DNA of 64,000 nucleotides from Macrostomum hystrix. Taxonomy: Eukaryota; Animalia; Platyhelminthes. Below, one piece after another: positions 11,900 through 25,085 of this stretch; the first letter of the stretch is position 1, and every line of letters starts with the position of its first letter. Where the stretch lies: NCBI GenBank assembly GCA_950097015.1, contig CATNEN010000028.1, positions 1,025,043 through 1,089,042 on the forward strand. Reading direction: 5' to 3'. The notes below the pieces were generated by a model that searched no databases, was not told where the DNA came from, and saw nothing but the letters and a program-made list of their open reading frames with translations. A program made the position numbers and the translations under genes.

Positions 11900-13481
11900 C
11901 GGAGCTGCGTTGAACCTTGAACTCAGCTTCACCGATCGCCTCGTGCACCGTGGCCTCCGTCACTTCAAAATGAAAGATGCCAGCGTGGTCGTCGTCCAGA
12001 ACCATGATGGTAGCCCGGATGGGGTCGGCCAGCTCAGCGCGAGTGTTCGGATCGCCACCCTCGACGCGTATGTTGGACAGCTCAACGTAGAAGTGCTCGT
12101 CCTCTTCGAAAACGTCGTCGTCAATGATGGTCAGGCTGAGGTGGCAGTGCTTCTCGCCGGAGTGGAATACCAGAGTCCCCTGGGCGGCCACGTAGTCGTC
12201 TCCGGCGGTGGCGGTACCGTCAACGGTGTGGTAGTCCAGCCTCACGACGGTGTTCAGGTCGCCCCCGATGCGAGACACAGTTAGCTGGAAGGTGCCAACA
12301 TTCTCCATCACAGTGTAGTGGCCAGGATCGAAAAAGATCTTCTGCAGGTTCGGATCCTCCTCGTGCTCTTCAGCGGCTACCGAGAGGCGACGCTCGACCT
12401 TGGACTTCTTGATGACGTTGCCTGAGCCGGTCAGCTGCCTGGTAGCCTGCATGCGGTAGAAGGCTCGCGACTTCGGACCCCGGTTGAGCACCTCCATCTG
12501 CGCCATCTCCTCCAGCATCTTGGGGTCGGCATTTGGGTGCTTCTTGCGAATCTCGCGCAGTATCTCGATGTAGTCGTGACGTGTCTTTTCGAAATCATTC
12601 AGATCGGCGTCGGTGCTCGACGGATCCACGACGGCAGTGTCGGGGTTCTGCATCTCCAGCTCGCCATCCTGGTAGGCCTTGGTCGATCGGGCACTGTAGT
12701 GCTTCTGCAGGAAGCTCTTGAAGAAGATCTTAGTGTCGGCTACGTAGGCCATGAGAACGGTCAGTGGGAAGAAGGCGAATGTCACGACGGCTTCCCAAAC
12801 TAGAACGACTCCAGGCGAGGAGATGCCAATGATTAGGTACATCCAGAGGTAGGCAAAGATTGAGAATGAGGCGGTGACAAAGAACACTAGAAGGTGCTTT
12901 ATGCGTCGCGTCTCGCCGTTGGGAATGACGTACACGCAGAGACCGATAATGATGAACAGGTTGAACGCGGCGCTGCCTACAATGGTACCTGGACCAAGGT
13001 CGCCGGCTTCAAATCTCTTGCCGCAGATTTCAATGATGGAGAGCAGGATCTCAGGCGCCGAGGAGCCCAGAGCCATCAGTGTCAGGTTGCTGACTGTCTC
13101 GTTCCAGATGCGCACGCTCACCACCTGCTTCGTGCCATCCTTCAACTTCACAACAATGTCCTTCTCCTTCGAGGTGATAACTTCGATGGCGGCCATGAAC
13201 CTGTCGGCGATGATGGACACGCCTAGAAAGCAGTAGAGCAGTGACGAGAAGTACACTACAGCTCTAGCCAGCTTGTCACCGAAGCTGAGATTCAGCGAGG
13301 GCTGCCAAACAGGCAGTAGGACGCCTGCCTGGCATTTCGTATTCGCGCTGGACTTGCAAGTGCCGTTGGCGTCTCGCTTGATCGCCTCAGCGCCTCCTAG
13401 GAGGCACAGCAGCAGCAGCAACAGCACCGGCGGCGAGAGTAGCAGCGCCAGTGGCTGCGACCGGAAGCGCTGGGCGGTCAT
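11900..13481 (-). CDS. SLC8A: Na+/Ca2+ exchanger (NCX/SLC8 family), large first coding exon: signal peptide, TM1-5 with alpha-1 repeat, XIP region, Calx-beta domain CBD1 and start of CBD2
   Basis: Translation contains GVSIIADRFMAAIEVITS, NETVSNLTLMALGSSAPEILLSIIE (alpha-1), GDLGPGTIVGSAAFN and IIDDDVFEEDEHFYVELSN (CBD1). Ends at a phase-1 donor TCC G|gtgagt at 11899. Confidence 0.98.
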
Positions 13482-14987
13482 GCGTGCTCAAGACTTGGAG
13501 AAGTCCGCGATGCGATTGAAGACGGATTGCTTGGACCGATTTGAGGGATTTTGTCCGGCCTATAGATCCGGTGGGAATTCAAGTTTGGCCAAACGCTCTG
13601 TGTCGTCTTCGGTATTCTACACTAGGATTTTACTTTTCGTTACTCCTTCGCTCTCTCTCTCTCTCTCTCTTCTCTCTTCCTCTCGCATATAAGAGAAAAT
13701 AGTTTCTGTGGCGGGGAGTTGACGGCAAGTACGGGCTCTCAGCGTGAGGTCTCTGGTGAAGGATGGGCCGGGGGTGCGCGCACTTTGGCCTCCTCCGGGG
13801 TGGCTAGTTTTTAAATTGCCTCCGAGGCTGGCGGGGGTTGGCCTGCGGTCGCGGAGGGTGGGTATGAAGACGGCGGCAGAGAGAAAAGGGCAGGGGAAAC
13901 GGGGGGAAACGACTGGGGGAAAAGAGAGTCAGAGTGGAGGGAGAGAGCAACTGTGCCGTCTTGATGTGCAAGCCAATAGGAATCTTGGCGGACAACGGGT
14001 CGGATGCTCCACACTCATTTAGGCGCTTTTGTTAGTACTAGCTTCGGGTTTGGTGGGTAGTTGAAGCAGTGCAAATTTTGTTGGAAAGAAGGAGGGAGAG
14101 AGTAGGGAGGGAGGGAGGCCACGGGCCACAGTAGAACCTAGTTCAGGGGATCCTGCAGTGGACATTATGGAACTGGGGTACAAACTTTGGAAGTGGGTGT
14201 TTGCCCGGCAAGTGGTGCTTACCATTGACAAAGCAGTGCAAAATAATGGTAGAAGCTGCTAGAAATGGTAGAATGGTAGAACGCACGCATTTGTGCACAT
14301 ACGGCTGCTTCGGGTTGCCATTTTCCTCTCTCCCTATAAGTCTTCCCTTCCATACTGTCCGAAGACGCAGCGAAACTGAAGCTGCTGCATGGGGGAGAAC
14401 CGCTTTTGATCCCTATGCAACGCGGGCTTAAAGGTTTCGTGGACATCGGTAGATGGTCAGAAAGAGATTGACAGACGCCAATGCTTTTTAATTTCCATTT
14501 CCAGAAAGGGCATCGTCCGCCTAAACTGTTGCGCCGCTTCCGCAATGAAAAATCTGAATTGTAATAGCTGGAATGAGAGTTACAAACTATTTTGGCAGAA
14601 GTGTGCAATTTGCGTGCAGCAATATTCTATGTGAGCACAGAGATTAGTTTGAGCAAAGAGTTTTAGGGATTTGCTGAGCCCGGAGCTAGGTTTAATAGCC
14701 AAGTCTATTCTTATCTGACACTGAGTGCCATCAAATGCGACTAATTCATTTGTTTTAGCTCAGCATCTGTGTCCCTTCCAGGTATGTACAGCTCTACTGT
14801 ACGCTGATGCAGTTCTAGATATCTCTGCACTACGGGCCCTGATGATGAAACAATGGGATCTACATCAATTATTTATTCTGATGACTGTTGTAAAACCTCC
14901 AAACGGACTAGGTGTGTGGAATATTTAACAAATTGTATTTCGTATCTCTGCCCCAAGGAGAACTATAGTTGTCTTATTGAGGAAAGT

Positions 14988-15057
14988 CATTACAAACTGT
15001 AATTTCCCAATATAATTCATTACAAACTGTAATTTCCCAATATAATTCATTACAAAC
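14988..15057 (+). repeat. 30-bp tandem duplication (2.3 copies)
   Basis: CATTACAAAC starts at 14988, 15018 and 15048. Confidence 0.85.
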
Positions 15058-15851
15058 GGTATGCCCAGTCTCAAAGAATTATTGTTCTCAAAGCAGAACG
15101 CTGCGTTGGTTGGTTTTCACAAACACAGCTCAAAAGGCTTCACTGCATGCAGCGGCTATACTAAATCAATATCTTCGGCTTAGTTTGACTAGCGGAACAG
15201 CATACACCAGGCCAATAGTCCAACAAATTCTCACAGTCTGAGACAGACCAGAGACAGAAGGAGAATGCACAAGGGAAATTCTCAACATGTCTTTTAATAT
15301 TCTTCTCGCGCGATATTGAAAATGATAAGAATTAAAAAGTAATTTTACGAGCACGTTTAAATTCAATATCGTTTAGCTCTAGTGTGGCTTACCAAATATT
15401 GACACATTGGTTGGCAGCGCCAGTGGCGGTCACTGCATCCAGCCATTTGACACTTTTTAATCAATCAATTGTCTCCTTAATTAGATTAACGGATTGTGGC
15501 GGCTTAAGGTAAGTGTTTGTAGTTGTTAGCATTGCCTACAGTCAAGTGCCAAGTCAAGTTAGCTGAGTTTTTCTGCAATTTTACTGATAAAATACGAGCG
15601 CGGTCTATCGCCATGACGCTTGACGGAACTTTTATGGCTGATCATTGATGCCGGATTTGATCAACTTTGTAATGGCCAAATAAAATTACTGATGGACTTT
15701 AAATTGTTTACGCATTTAAAACTGCTCGACCGGGAATTTTCCTAGACACAGTCCAAGCACTTTTAGATAAATGGAAAATTACTTTGTGTGACATTGTGAG
15801 AGAAATGCGATTGCTAATTACCCCCTCACGTGAATCCTCTAGTAAGTACGG

Positions 15852-16830
15852 TTCCTGCTGCGATTCTAGCTATTGCTCCTGCCGCGATTCTAGCTATAGC
15901 TCCTGCTGCGATTCTAGCTATAGCTCCTGCCGCGATTCTAGCTATAGCTCCTGCTGCGATTCTAGCTATAGCTCCTGCTGCGATTCTAGCTATAGCTCCT
16001 GCTGCGATTCTAGCTATTGCTCCTGCTGCGATTCTAGCTATAGCTCCTGCTGCGATTCTAGCTATAGCTCCTGCTGCGATTCTAGCTATAGCTCCTGCTG
16101 CGATTCTAGCTATTGCTCCTGCCGCGATTTTAGCTATTGCTCCTGCCGCGATTCTAGCTATAGCTCCTGCTGCGATTCTAGCTATAGCTCCTGCTGCGAT
16201 TCTAGCTATAGCTCCTGCTGCGATTCTAGCTATTGCTCCTGCTGCGATTCTAGCTACAGCTCCTGCCGCGATTCTAGCTATTGCTCCTGCCGCGATTCTA
16301 GCTATTGCTCCTGCTGCGATTCTAGCTATAGCTCCTGCTGCGATTCTAGCTATAGCTCCTGCTGCGATTCTAGCTATAGCTCCTGCTGCGATTCTAGCTA
16401 TAGCTACTGCTGCGATTCTAGCTATAGCTCCTGCTGCGATTCTAGCTATAGCTCCTGCTGCGATTCTAGCTATATATCCTGCTGCGATTCTAGCTACAGC
16501 TACTGCTTCGATTCTAGCTATATATCCTGCTGCGATTCTAGCTATATATCCTGCTGCGATTCTAGCTATATATATCCTGCTGCGATTCTAGCTATATATC
16601 CTGCTGCGAATCTAGCTATATATCCTGCTGCGATTCTAGCTATAGCTCCTGCTGCGATTCTAGCTACAGCTGCTGCTGCGATTCCAGCTTTAGCTGCTGC
16701 TGCGATTCTAGCCATAGCTACTGCTTCGATTCTAGCTATATATCCTGCTGCGATTCTAGCTATAGCTCCTGCTGCGATTTTAGCTATAGCTCCTGCTGCG
16801 ATTCTAGCTATATATCCTGCTGCGATTCTA
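15852..16830 (+). repeat. 24-bp minisatellite (CCTGCTGCGATTCTAGCTATAGCT), ~40 copies
   Basis: Direct reading; explains the PAAILAIA and SCCDSSYS ORFs. Confidence 0.97.
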
Positions 16831-17244
16831 CATTTCGCGACCCCTACGATTCTGGGCTCGAACTTAGGGTTTAACCAGCGATTCCAAGCTTATAAATCGT
16901 GCTTTGGTACTAGCCAAGACTTGCTATATTTCTTCCAGTATGCCACCTCCTGGACACACGAACATAAAACATACACAGAGTATGTCAATACAAACTGTTG
17001 GCTTTGTAAGATGCAAATTCTTATAGCAGTACCACATGTATGGCTCCTACTATATCCTGTTTGGTATAGTTTGCTCTGAAAATTGGTTATAAATAAATTT
17101 GGTTGAAGCTAATCATTAACTTAATTACGTACTTACTAATTTACAAGCAATTTCTAAATGTTAAAAATTGATTAAACCCGCAACATTCGGCCAGATGTGC
17201 ACAGCGAAATTGCTAAAATACACAAATTATTCTAGCGGAATCAA

Positions 17245-17267
17245 GAATCGAACCCCCGACCTTCAAG
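17245..17267 (-). mobile_element. Remnant of a SINE family B tRNA head (B box)
   Basis: GAATCGAACCCCCGACCTTCAAG is identical to the segment at ~48772-48794. Confidence 0.55.
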
Positions 17268-17679
17268 CCGAGTATTTTGTGCTGTATGTTAACCAAAAAT
17301 TTTCGCGAACTTATAGAAAGCGATCGATATAATATGGAGATTAGAGTGACATTGGAAGTACAGGGAGTGTTTTATGCAGCAGCAGCAGCAGCAGCACTTA
17401 ATCATTTCCGCCACAAAGTCCGCGGCCCGATGCCACGACCCGCACCACCCATCCCCCCCAGCTGCAGCTCGAGCGATGCCTTTCGGAGGCTGGCGGAGAA
17501 TTTGTGATGTGCTGCAGACTACTGCAATACCGCGAGTTATTAACTAGGGAACGAGCGAGAGTGCACGCAAGAGCTGCACTGGGTGGCTGTGGCAGCAGAA
17601 AGAGGGAAGAGTTACTCCATTGCTGCTTTGTGCTTCTCTCCTTTCTGCATTTTCTTTGCACCAAGGCAAAGCAGCTCTT

Positions 17680-20600
17680 GCTGCGATTCTAGCGACGATT
17701 CTTCAGCGACTGTAGCTACGATTCTTCAGTGATTCTAGCTACGATTCTTCAGTGATTCTAGCTACGATTCTTCAGTGATTCTAGCGACGATTCTTCAGCG
17801 ACTGTAGCTACGATTCTTCTGTGATTCTAGCTACGATTCTTCAGTGATTCTAGCTACGATTCTTCAGTGATTCTAGCGACGATTCTTCAGTGATTCTAGC
17901 TACGATTCTTCAGTAATTCTAGCTACGATTCTTCAGTGATTCTAGCTACGATTCTTCAGTGATTCTAGCTACGATTCTTCAGTGATTCTAGCTACGATTC
18001 TTCAGTGATTCTAGCGACGATTCTTCAGCGACTGTAGCTACGATTCTTCAGTGATTCTAGCTACGATTCTTCAGTGATTCTAGCTACGATTCTTCAGTGA
18101 TTCTAGCGACGATTCTTCAGTGATTCTAGCTACGATTCTTCAGTAATTCTAGCTACGATTCTTCAGTGATTCTAGCTACGATTCTTCAGTGATTCTAGCT
18201 ACGATTCTTCAGTGATTCTAGCTACGATTCTTCAGTGATTCTAGCTACGATTCTTCAGTGATTCTAGCTACGATTCTTCAGTGATTCTAGCTACGATTCT
18301 TCAGTGATTCTAGCTACGATTCTTCAGCGATTCTAGCGACGATTCTTCAGTGATTCTAGCTACGATTCTTCAGTGATTCTAGCTACGATTCTTCATTGAT
18401 TCTAGCTACGATTCTTCATTGATTCTAGCGACGATTCTTCAGTGATTCTAGCTACGATTCTTCAGTGATTCTAGCTACGATTCTTCAGTGATTCTAGCTA
18501 CGATTCTTCAGTGATTCTAGCTACGATTCTTCAGTGATTCTAGCTACGATTCTTCAGTGATTCTAGCTACGATTCTTCAGTGATTCTAGCTACGATTCTT
18601 CAGTGATTCTAGCTACGATTCTTCAGGGATTCTAGCGACGATTCTTCAGCGGCTGTAGCTACGATTCTTCAGTGATTCTAGCTACGATTCTTCAGTGATT
18701 CTAGCTACGATTCTTCAGTGATTCTAGCTACGATTCTTCAGTGATTCTAGCTACGATTCTTCAGTGATTCTAGCTACGATTCTTCAGTGATTCTAGCTAC
18801 GATTCTTCAGTGATTCTAGCTACGATTCTTCAGTGAATTCTAGCTACGATTCTTCAGTGATTCTAGCTACGATTCTTCAGTGATTCTAGCTACGATTCTT
18901 CATTGATTCTAGCTACGATTCTTCATTGATTCTAGCTACGATTCTTCAGTGATTCTAGCTACGATTCTTCAGTGATTCTAGCTACGATTCTTCAATAATT
19001 CTAGCTACGATTCTTCAGTGATTCTAGCTACGATTCTTCATTGATTCTAGCTACGATTCTTCAGTGATTCTAGCTACGATTCTTCAGTGATTCTAGCTAC
19101 GATTCTTCAGTGATTCTAGCTACGATTCTTCAGTGGTTCTAGCTACGATTCTTCAGTAATTCTAGCTACGATTCTTCAGTGATTCTAGCTACGATTCTTC
19201 AGTGATTCTAGCTACGATTCTTCAGCGACTGTAGCTACGATTCTTCAGGGATTCTAGCGACGATTCTTCAGCGGCTGTAGCTACGATTCTTCAGTGATTC
19301 TAGCTACGATTCTTCAGTGATTCTAGCTACGATTCTTCAGTGATTCTAGCTACGATTCTTCAGTGATTCTAGCTACGATTCTTCAGTGATTCTAGCTACG
19401 ATTCTTCAGTGGTTTAGCTACGATTCTTCAGTGATTCTAGCTACGATTCTCAGTGATTCTAGCTACGATTCTTCAGTGATTCTAGCTACGATCTTCAGTG
19501 ATTCTAGCTACGATTCTTCAGTGATTCTAGCTACGATTCTTCAGTGATTTAGCTACGATTCTTCCGTGATTCTAGCTACGATTTTCAGTGATTCTAGCTA
19601 CGATTCTTCAGTGATTCTAGCTACGATTCTTCAGTGATTCTAGCTACGATTCTTCAGTGATTCTAGCTACGATTCTTCAGTGATTCTAGCTACGATTCTT
19701 CAGTGATTCTAGCTACGATTCTCAGTGATTCTAGCTACGATTCTTCAGTGATTCTAGCTACGATTCCTCAGTGATTCTAGCTACGATTCTTCAGTGATTC
19801 TAGCTACGATTCTTCAGTGGTTCTAGCTACGATTCTTCAGTGATTCTAGCTACGATTCTTCAGTGATTCTAGCTACGATTCTTCAGTGATTCTAGCTACG
19901 ATTCTTCAGTGATTCTAGCTACGATTCTTCAGTGATTCTAGCTACGATTCTTCAGTGATTCTAGCTACGATTCTTCAGTGATTCTAGCTACGATTCTTCA
20001 GTGATTCTAGCTACGATTCTTCAGTGATTCTAGCTACGATTCTTCAGTGATTCTAGCTACGATTCTTCAGCGACTGTAGCTACGATTCTTCAGTGATTCT
20101 AGCTACGATTCTTCAGTGATTCTAGCTACGATTCTTCAGTGATTCTAGCTACGATTCTTCAGTGATTCTAGCTACGATTCTTCAGTGATTCTAGCTACGA
20201 TTCTTCAGTGATTCTAGCTACGATTCTTCAGTGATTCTAGCTACGATTCTTCAGTGATTCTAGCTACGATTCTTCAGTGATTCTAGCTACGATTCTTCAG
20301 TGATTCTAGCTACGATTCTTCAGTGATTCTAGCTACGATTCTTCAGTGGTTCTAGCTACGATTCTTCAGTAATTCTAGCTACGATTCTTCAGTGATTCTA
20401 GCTACGATTCTTCAGTGATTCTAGCTACGATTCTTCAGTGATTCTAGCTACGATTCTTCAGTGATTCTAGCTACGATTCTTCAGTGATTCTAGCTAGGAT
20501 TCTTCAGTGATTCTAGCTACGATTCTTCAGTGATTCTAGCTACGATTCTTCAGTGATTCTAGCTACGATTCTTCAGTGATTCTAGCTACGATTCTTCAGT

Positions 20601-21990
20601 GGTTCTAGCTACGATTCTTCAGTGGTTCTAGCTACGATTCTTCAGCGACTGTAGCTACGATTCTTCAGCGACTGTAGCTACGATTCTTCAGGGATTCTAG
20701 CTACGATTCTTCAGTGATTCTAGCTACGATTCTTCAGCGACTGTAGCTACGATTCTTCAGTGATTCTAGCTACAATTCTTCAGTGATTCTAGCTACGATT
20801 CTTCAGCGACTGTAGCTACGATTCTTCAGTGATTCTAGCTACGATTCTTCAGTGATTCTAGCTACGATTCTTCAGTGATTCTAGCTACGATTCTTCAGTG
20901 ATTCTAGCTACGATTCTTCAGTGATTCTAGCTACGATTCTTCAGTGATTCTAGCTACGATTCTTCATTGATTCTAGCTACGATTCTTCATTGGTTCTAGC
21001 TACGATTCTTCAGTAATTCTAGCTACGATTCTTCAGCGACTGTAGCTACGATTCTTCAGCGATTCTAGCTACGATTCTTCAGCGACTGTAGCTACGATTC
21101 TTCAGTGATTCTAGCTACGATTCTTCAGTGATTCTAGCTACGATTCTTCAGTGATTCTAGCTACGATTCTTCAGTGATTCTAGCTACGATTCTTCATTGA
21201 TTCTAGCTACGATTCTTCATTGGTTCTAGCTACGATTCTTCAGTAATTCTAGCTACGATTCTTCAGCGACTGTAGCTACGATTCTTCAGCGATTCTAGCT
21301 ACGATTCTTCAGCGACTGTAGCTACGATTCTTCAGTGATTCTAGCTACGATTCTTCAGTGATTCTAGCTACGATTCTTCAGTGATTCTAGCTACGATTCT
21401 TCAGTGATTCTAGCTACGATTCTTCAGTGATTCTAGCTACGATTCTTCAGTGATTCTAGCTACGATTCTTCAGCGACTGTAGCTACGATTCTTCAGTGAT
21501 TCTAGCTACGATTCTTCATTGATTCTAGCTACGATTCTTCATTGGTTCTAGCTACGATTCTTCAGTAATTCTAGCTACGATTCTTCAGTGATTCTAGCTA
21601 CGATTCTTCAGCGATTCTAGCTACGATTCTTCAGTGATTCTAGCTACGATTCTTCAGCGATTCTAGCTACGATTCTTCAGTGATTCTAGCTACGATTCTT
21701 AAGTGATTCTAGCTACGATTCTTCAGCGACTGTAGCTACGATTCTTCAGTGGTTCTAGCTACGATTCTTCAGCGACTGTAGCTACGATTCTTAAGTGATT
21801 CTAGCTACGATTCTTCAGCGACTGTAGCTACGATTCTTCAGTGGTTCTAGCTACGATTCTTCAGCGACTGTAGCTACGATTCTTCAGTGGTTCTAGCTAC
21901 GATTCTTCAGCGACTGTAGCTACGATTCTTAAGTGATTCTAGCTACGATTCTTCAGCGACTGTAGCTACGTTTCTTCAGTGATTCTAGCT
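17680..21990 (+). repeat. 23-bp satellite (GATTCTAGCTACGATTCTTCAGT), ~185-190 copies
   Basis: Direct reading; variant units CGACTGTAGC and TGGTTCTAGC are interspersed. Confidence 0.98.
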
Positions 21991-22665
21991 ACGATTCCAG
22001 CTTCGATTCCACCTATTAAAGCTCTTTTGACCACAACTCTAGTTGCTTATTTAAACTCAACTGATTTCTGCTACGGTTTCTGCGATTCGGAGCCACGGTC
22101 CGGCTTTGATTCTGGCAATCAACTAACCACTGGTAAATTACCACAAGCGAAAGTTGCCATTTTCAGTGAGAAAAGTCCAATTACCATATGTGTACTGGCC
22201 TTTTAGAGTTTCATTCTGGAGCTCATAAGAAAGTGTGGCAAAAGAAGCAATGCTGTTGAAACTCATGTAACAGCGATACGACTGGAAATTGTGTGGCCTT
22301 CTCAGTGTGGCTCTATTTGGGATGCGGGTCCGATCCTTAGGGAACAAAGCCATGCATTATTCAGCTCAGCCACCAGGGGTCTGTGCGAAACTCCGCCCTG
22401 CCACAGTTGATGGGGAGGTGGTGGGGGGAGGTAGAATGAGAATTTCCGATTCCCACATCAGCCTCCGTTCCACCTTGACGAAGTCCGCGCGGCCAAGAAC
22501 TGGCGGAGCGAGCCGCGCTGACTGCACTTTGGCCGCTGTCACGACTCACTCAGGTGGCCCTACTCACTCTTATCCCTGAGCCGCCACTTACACTCTGCCT
22601 CTAACTTATCTCGCTCTGTGCTCACAGTTTCTTTGTTTTTCCTATAAATCGATCAATCAATCGAC

Positions 22666-22671
22666 CAGTCA

Positions 22672-22722
<51 letters not shown>

Positions 22723-22815
22723 AGTCAGCCAGTCAGTCAGTCAGTCAGTCAGTCAGTCAGCCAGTCAGTCAGCCAGTCAGTCAGTCAGTCAGTCAGTCAG
22801 TCAGTCAGTCAGTCA

Positions 22816-22864
<49 letters not shown>

Positions 22865-22919
22865 CCAGTCAGTCAGTCAGTCAGTCAGTCAGTCAGTCAG
22901 TCAGTCAGTCAGTCAGCCA

Positions 22920-22962
<43 letters not shown>

Positions 22963-23196
22963 AGTCAGTCAGTCAGTCAGTCAGTCAGTCAGTCAGTCAG
23001 TCAGTCAGTCAGTCAGTCAGTCAGTCAGTCAGTCAGTCAGTCAGTCAGTCAGTCAGTCAGTCAGTCAGTCAGTCAGTCAGTCAGCCAGTCAGTCAGTCAG
23101 TCAGTCAGTCAGTCAGTCAGTCAGTCAGTCAGTCAGTCAGTCAGTCAGTCAGTCAGTCAGTCAGTCAGTCAGTCAGTCAGTCAGTCAGTCAATCAG

Positions 23197-23235
<39 letters not shown>
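22666..23235 (+). repeat. Compound microsatellite: (CAGT)n of ~520 bp followed by (CAAT)n
   Basis: Direct reading. Confidence 0.98.
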
Positions 23236-23237
<2 letters not shown>

Positions 23238-24524
23238 AAATTAATCAATCAAATAATTAATGTATTTTTCTGTCAATAAATCTATCAATCAAAAATCAAC
23301 ATAGCCATTAATTAACCAATCAAATGTCGATACAGCATACATATTCATAATTAATTGATTAATTTGGTACATAATCAATCGATTAATCGAAAATTCAAGT
23401 AACTAACCATTACCAACAGAGATCAATCAATCAAATCCGTATCAAATCAATCAACTAATCAATATTTAAACGAACTATCGATAATAAAAATGACTATCAT
23501 TAATTGATAGAACAGTCAATTAATTTAATAATCTGTCGAGTGATTGAGTTATTAATCAATAAATCAATAATCCAATCAGTCCATCAATCATAACATTCAA
23601 CTATAATCCACTCAATCATCTATCTAGCCATTTCTCCTTCAAAGTTTCTAGAATATAATTTTAAGAAACTTCACTATTCTGTTAAAAATTCCAGAAACGG
23701 ACGAAACGAGCGAGAGCAAAGGAAATTTGGTGGGCTGAAATGTTTGCCCAACAACTGGGAAGCCTTATATGGTATACAAGCTTACCTGCTTCCTGCTGTT
23801 GCTGCTGCTTTATAGCTATGATGCAGTGTAAACAATAAGCTTATCACGGCTTCAAGTCAGCCAACACACAAAACTTGCTTGCGTTATAATAACGATTTCT
23901 AAAGATGAAAGAGATTAAACAATAATATATATATATATATTAGAGTATATATATGCTTTTTAAATTAGAGCAAAGCATGTGCAGATAAGTGGTTTTTGCT
24001 TGGGAAAATGGGAGTTATTTTAGGATTTGCTGGTGGCTAGGAAACAGAAACGGTATAGAATGAAAGAAAAAAGTTTTTTATATAGAAAATGTTATAGCCC
24101 AGTAATGATATAGAGCACGATAGGAAGATAAAAAATAAAAAGAGAATATAACAATGAGTCCAAAAACAATAAAGAAAATTCATTGACCTGAATTCGTGAC
24201 TTGCGTTTTGTGCTGCTCACAAACACCTGCAGTAGACTAAATAATTATAAAAATATTAAATCAAAGAATGTGTCAATCATAATTGACAGAAAATAGTAAC
24301 AAAGGTATAAGAGATAAAACGGTGGACAATATGAATGATAAAAGAAACAATTTATTTTATTGCAAATGTCACATATTCCATCCGGCAGGCCTAACAGAGC
24401 AAGTGCCTTTGTAAATGCCAATAAAGTTGTTCTATGATAACACAAAAATATCAATTCGATCAATTTCGACTTCTGCCCCTTAGACTACCTCCTACTAATC
24501 CTTATCTATAGTTTCTGGATTTCT

Positions 24525-25085
24525 GCGATTCAAGCTATAGCTCCTGCAGTTCTGCAGCAACAGCTCCTGCAGTTCTGCAGCTACAGGTCCTGCAGTTCTG
24601 CAGCTACAGGTCCTGCAGTTCTGCAGCTACAGGTCCTGCAGTTCTGCAGCTACAGCTCCTGCAGTTCTGCAGCTACAGGTCCTGCAGTTCTGCAGCTACA
24701 GGTCCTGCAGTTCTGCAGCTACAGGTCCTGCCATTCTATAGCAACAGCTCCTGCCATTCTATAGCAACAGCTCCTGCAATTCTATAGCAACAGCTCCTGC
24801 GATTCCAGGTACAGCTCCTGCGATTCCAGGTACAGCTCTTGCGATTCCAGCAACAGGTTCTGCGATTCCATGTACGGCTCCTGCGATTCCAGGAACAGCT
24901 CCTGTGATTCCAGGTACAGCTCCTGCGATTCCAGCAACAGGTTCTGCGATTCCATGTGCGGCTCCTGCGATTCCAGCAACAGGTTCTGCGATTCCATGTA
25001 CGGCTCCTGCGATTCCAGCTACAGCTCCTGTTCTAATTCTAGTTACGATTCTAGCTTCGTTTTTAACTCTCTCTCCTGCTTCGAT
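24525..25085 (+). repeat. 21-bp-class minisatellite (CTCCTGCGATTCCAGCAACAG and variants, preceded by CCTGCAGTTCTGCAGCTACAG units)
   Basis: Direct reading; related to the 24-bp array. Confidence 0.9.

Noticed and set aside
11871-13692. Plus-strand ORFs overlapping NCX, and similar antisense ORFs in BBS1, ATP6V0B, FBXL4 and the TRP gene
   Set aside because: Shadow ORFs from GC-rich codon usage on the opposite strand.
15784-17079. 431-aa and 253-aa ORFs (SCCDSSYS / PAAILAIA repeats)
   Set aside because: They are translations of a 24-bp minisatellite whose unit is a multiple of 3 without stops; there is no splice or homology support.
17277-17664. GC-rich island with ORFs on both strands between two arrays
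   Set aside because: No recognisable domain and no consistent splice-phase link to neighbouring exons; it could still be a UTR exon or promoter.
17680-21990. CRISPR-like array interpretation of the 23-39-bp repeats
   Set aside because: Units are head-to-tail with no unique spacers, there are no cas genes, and the context is eukaryotic with introns.
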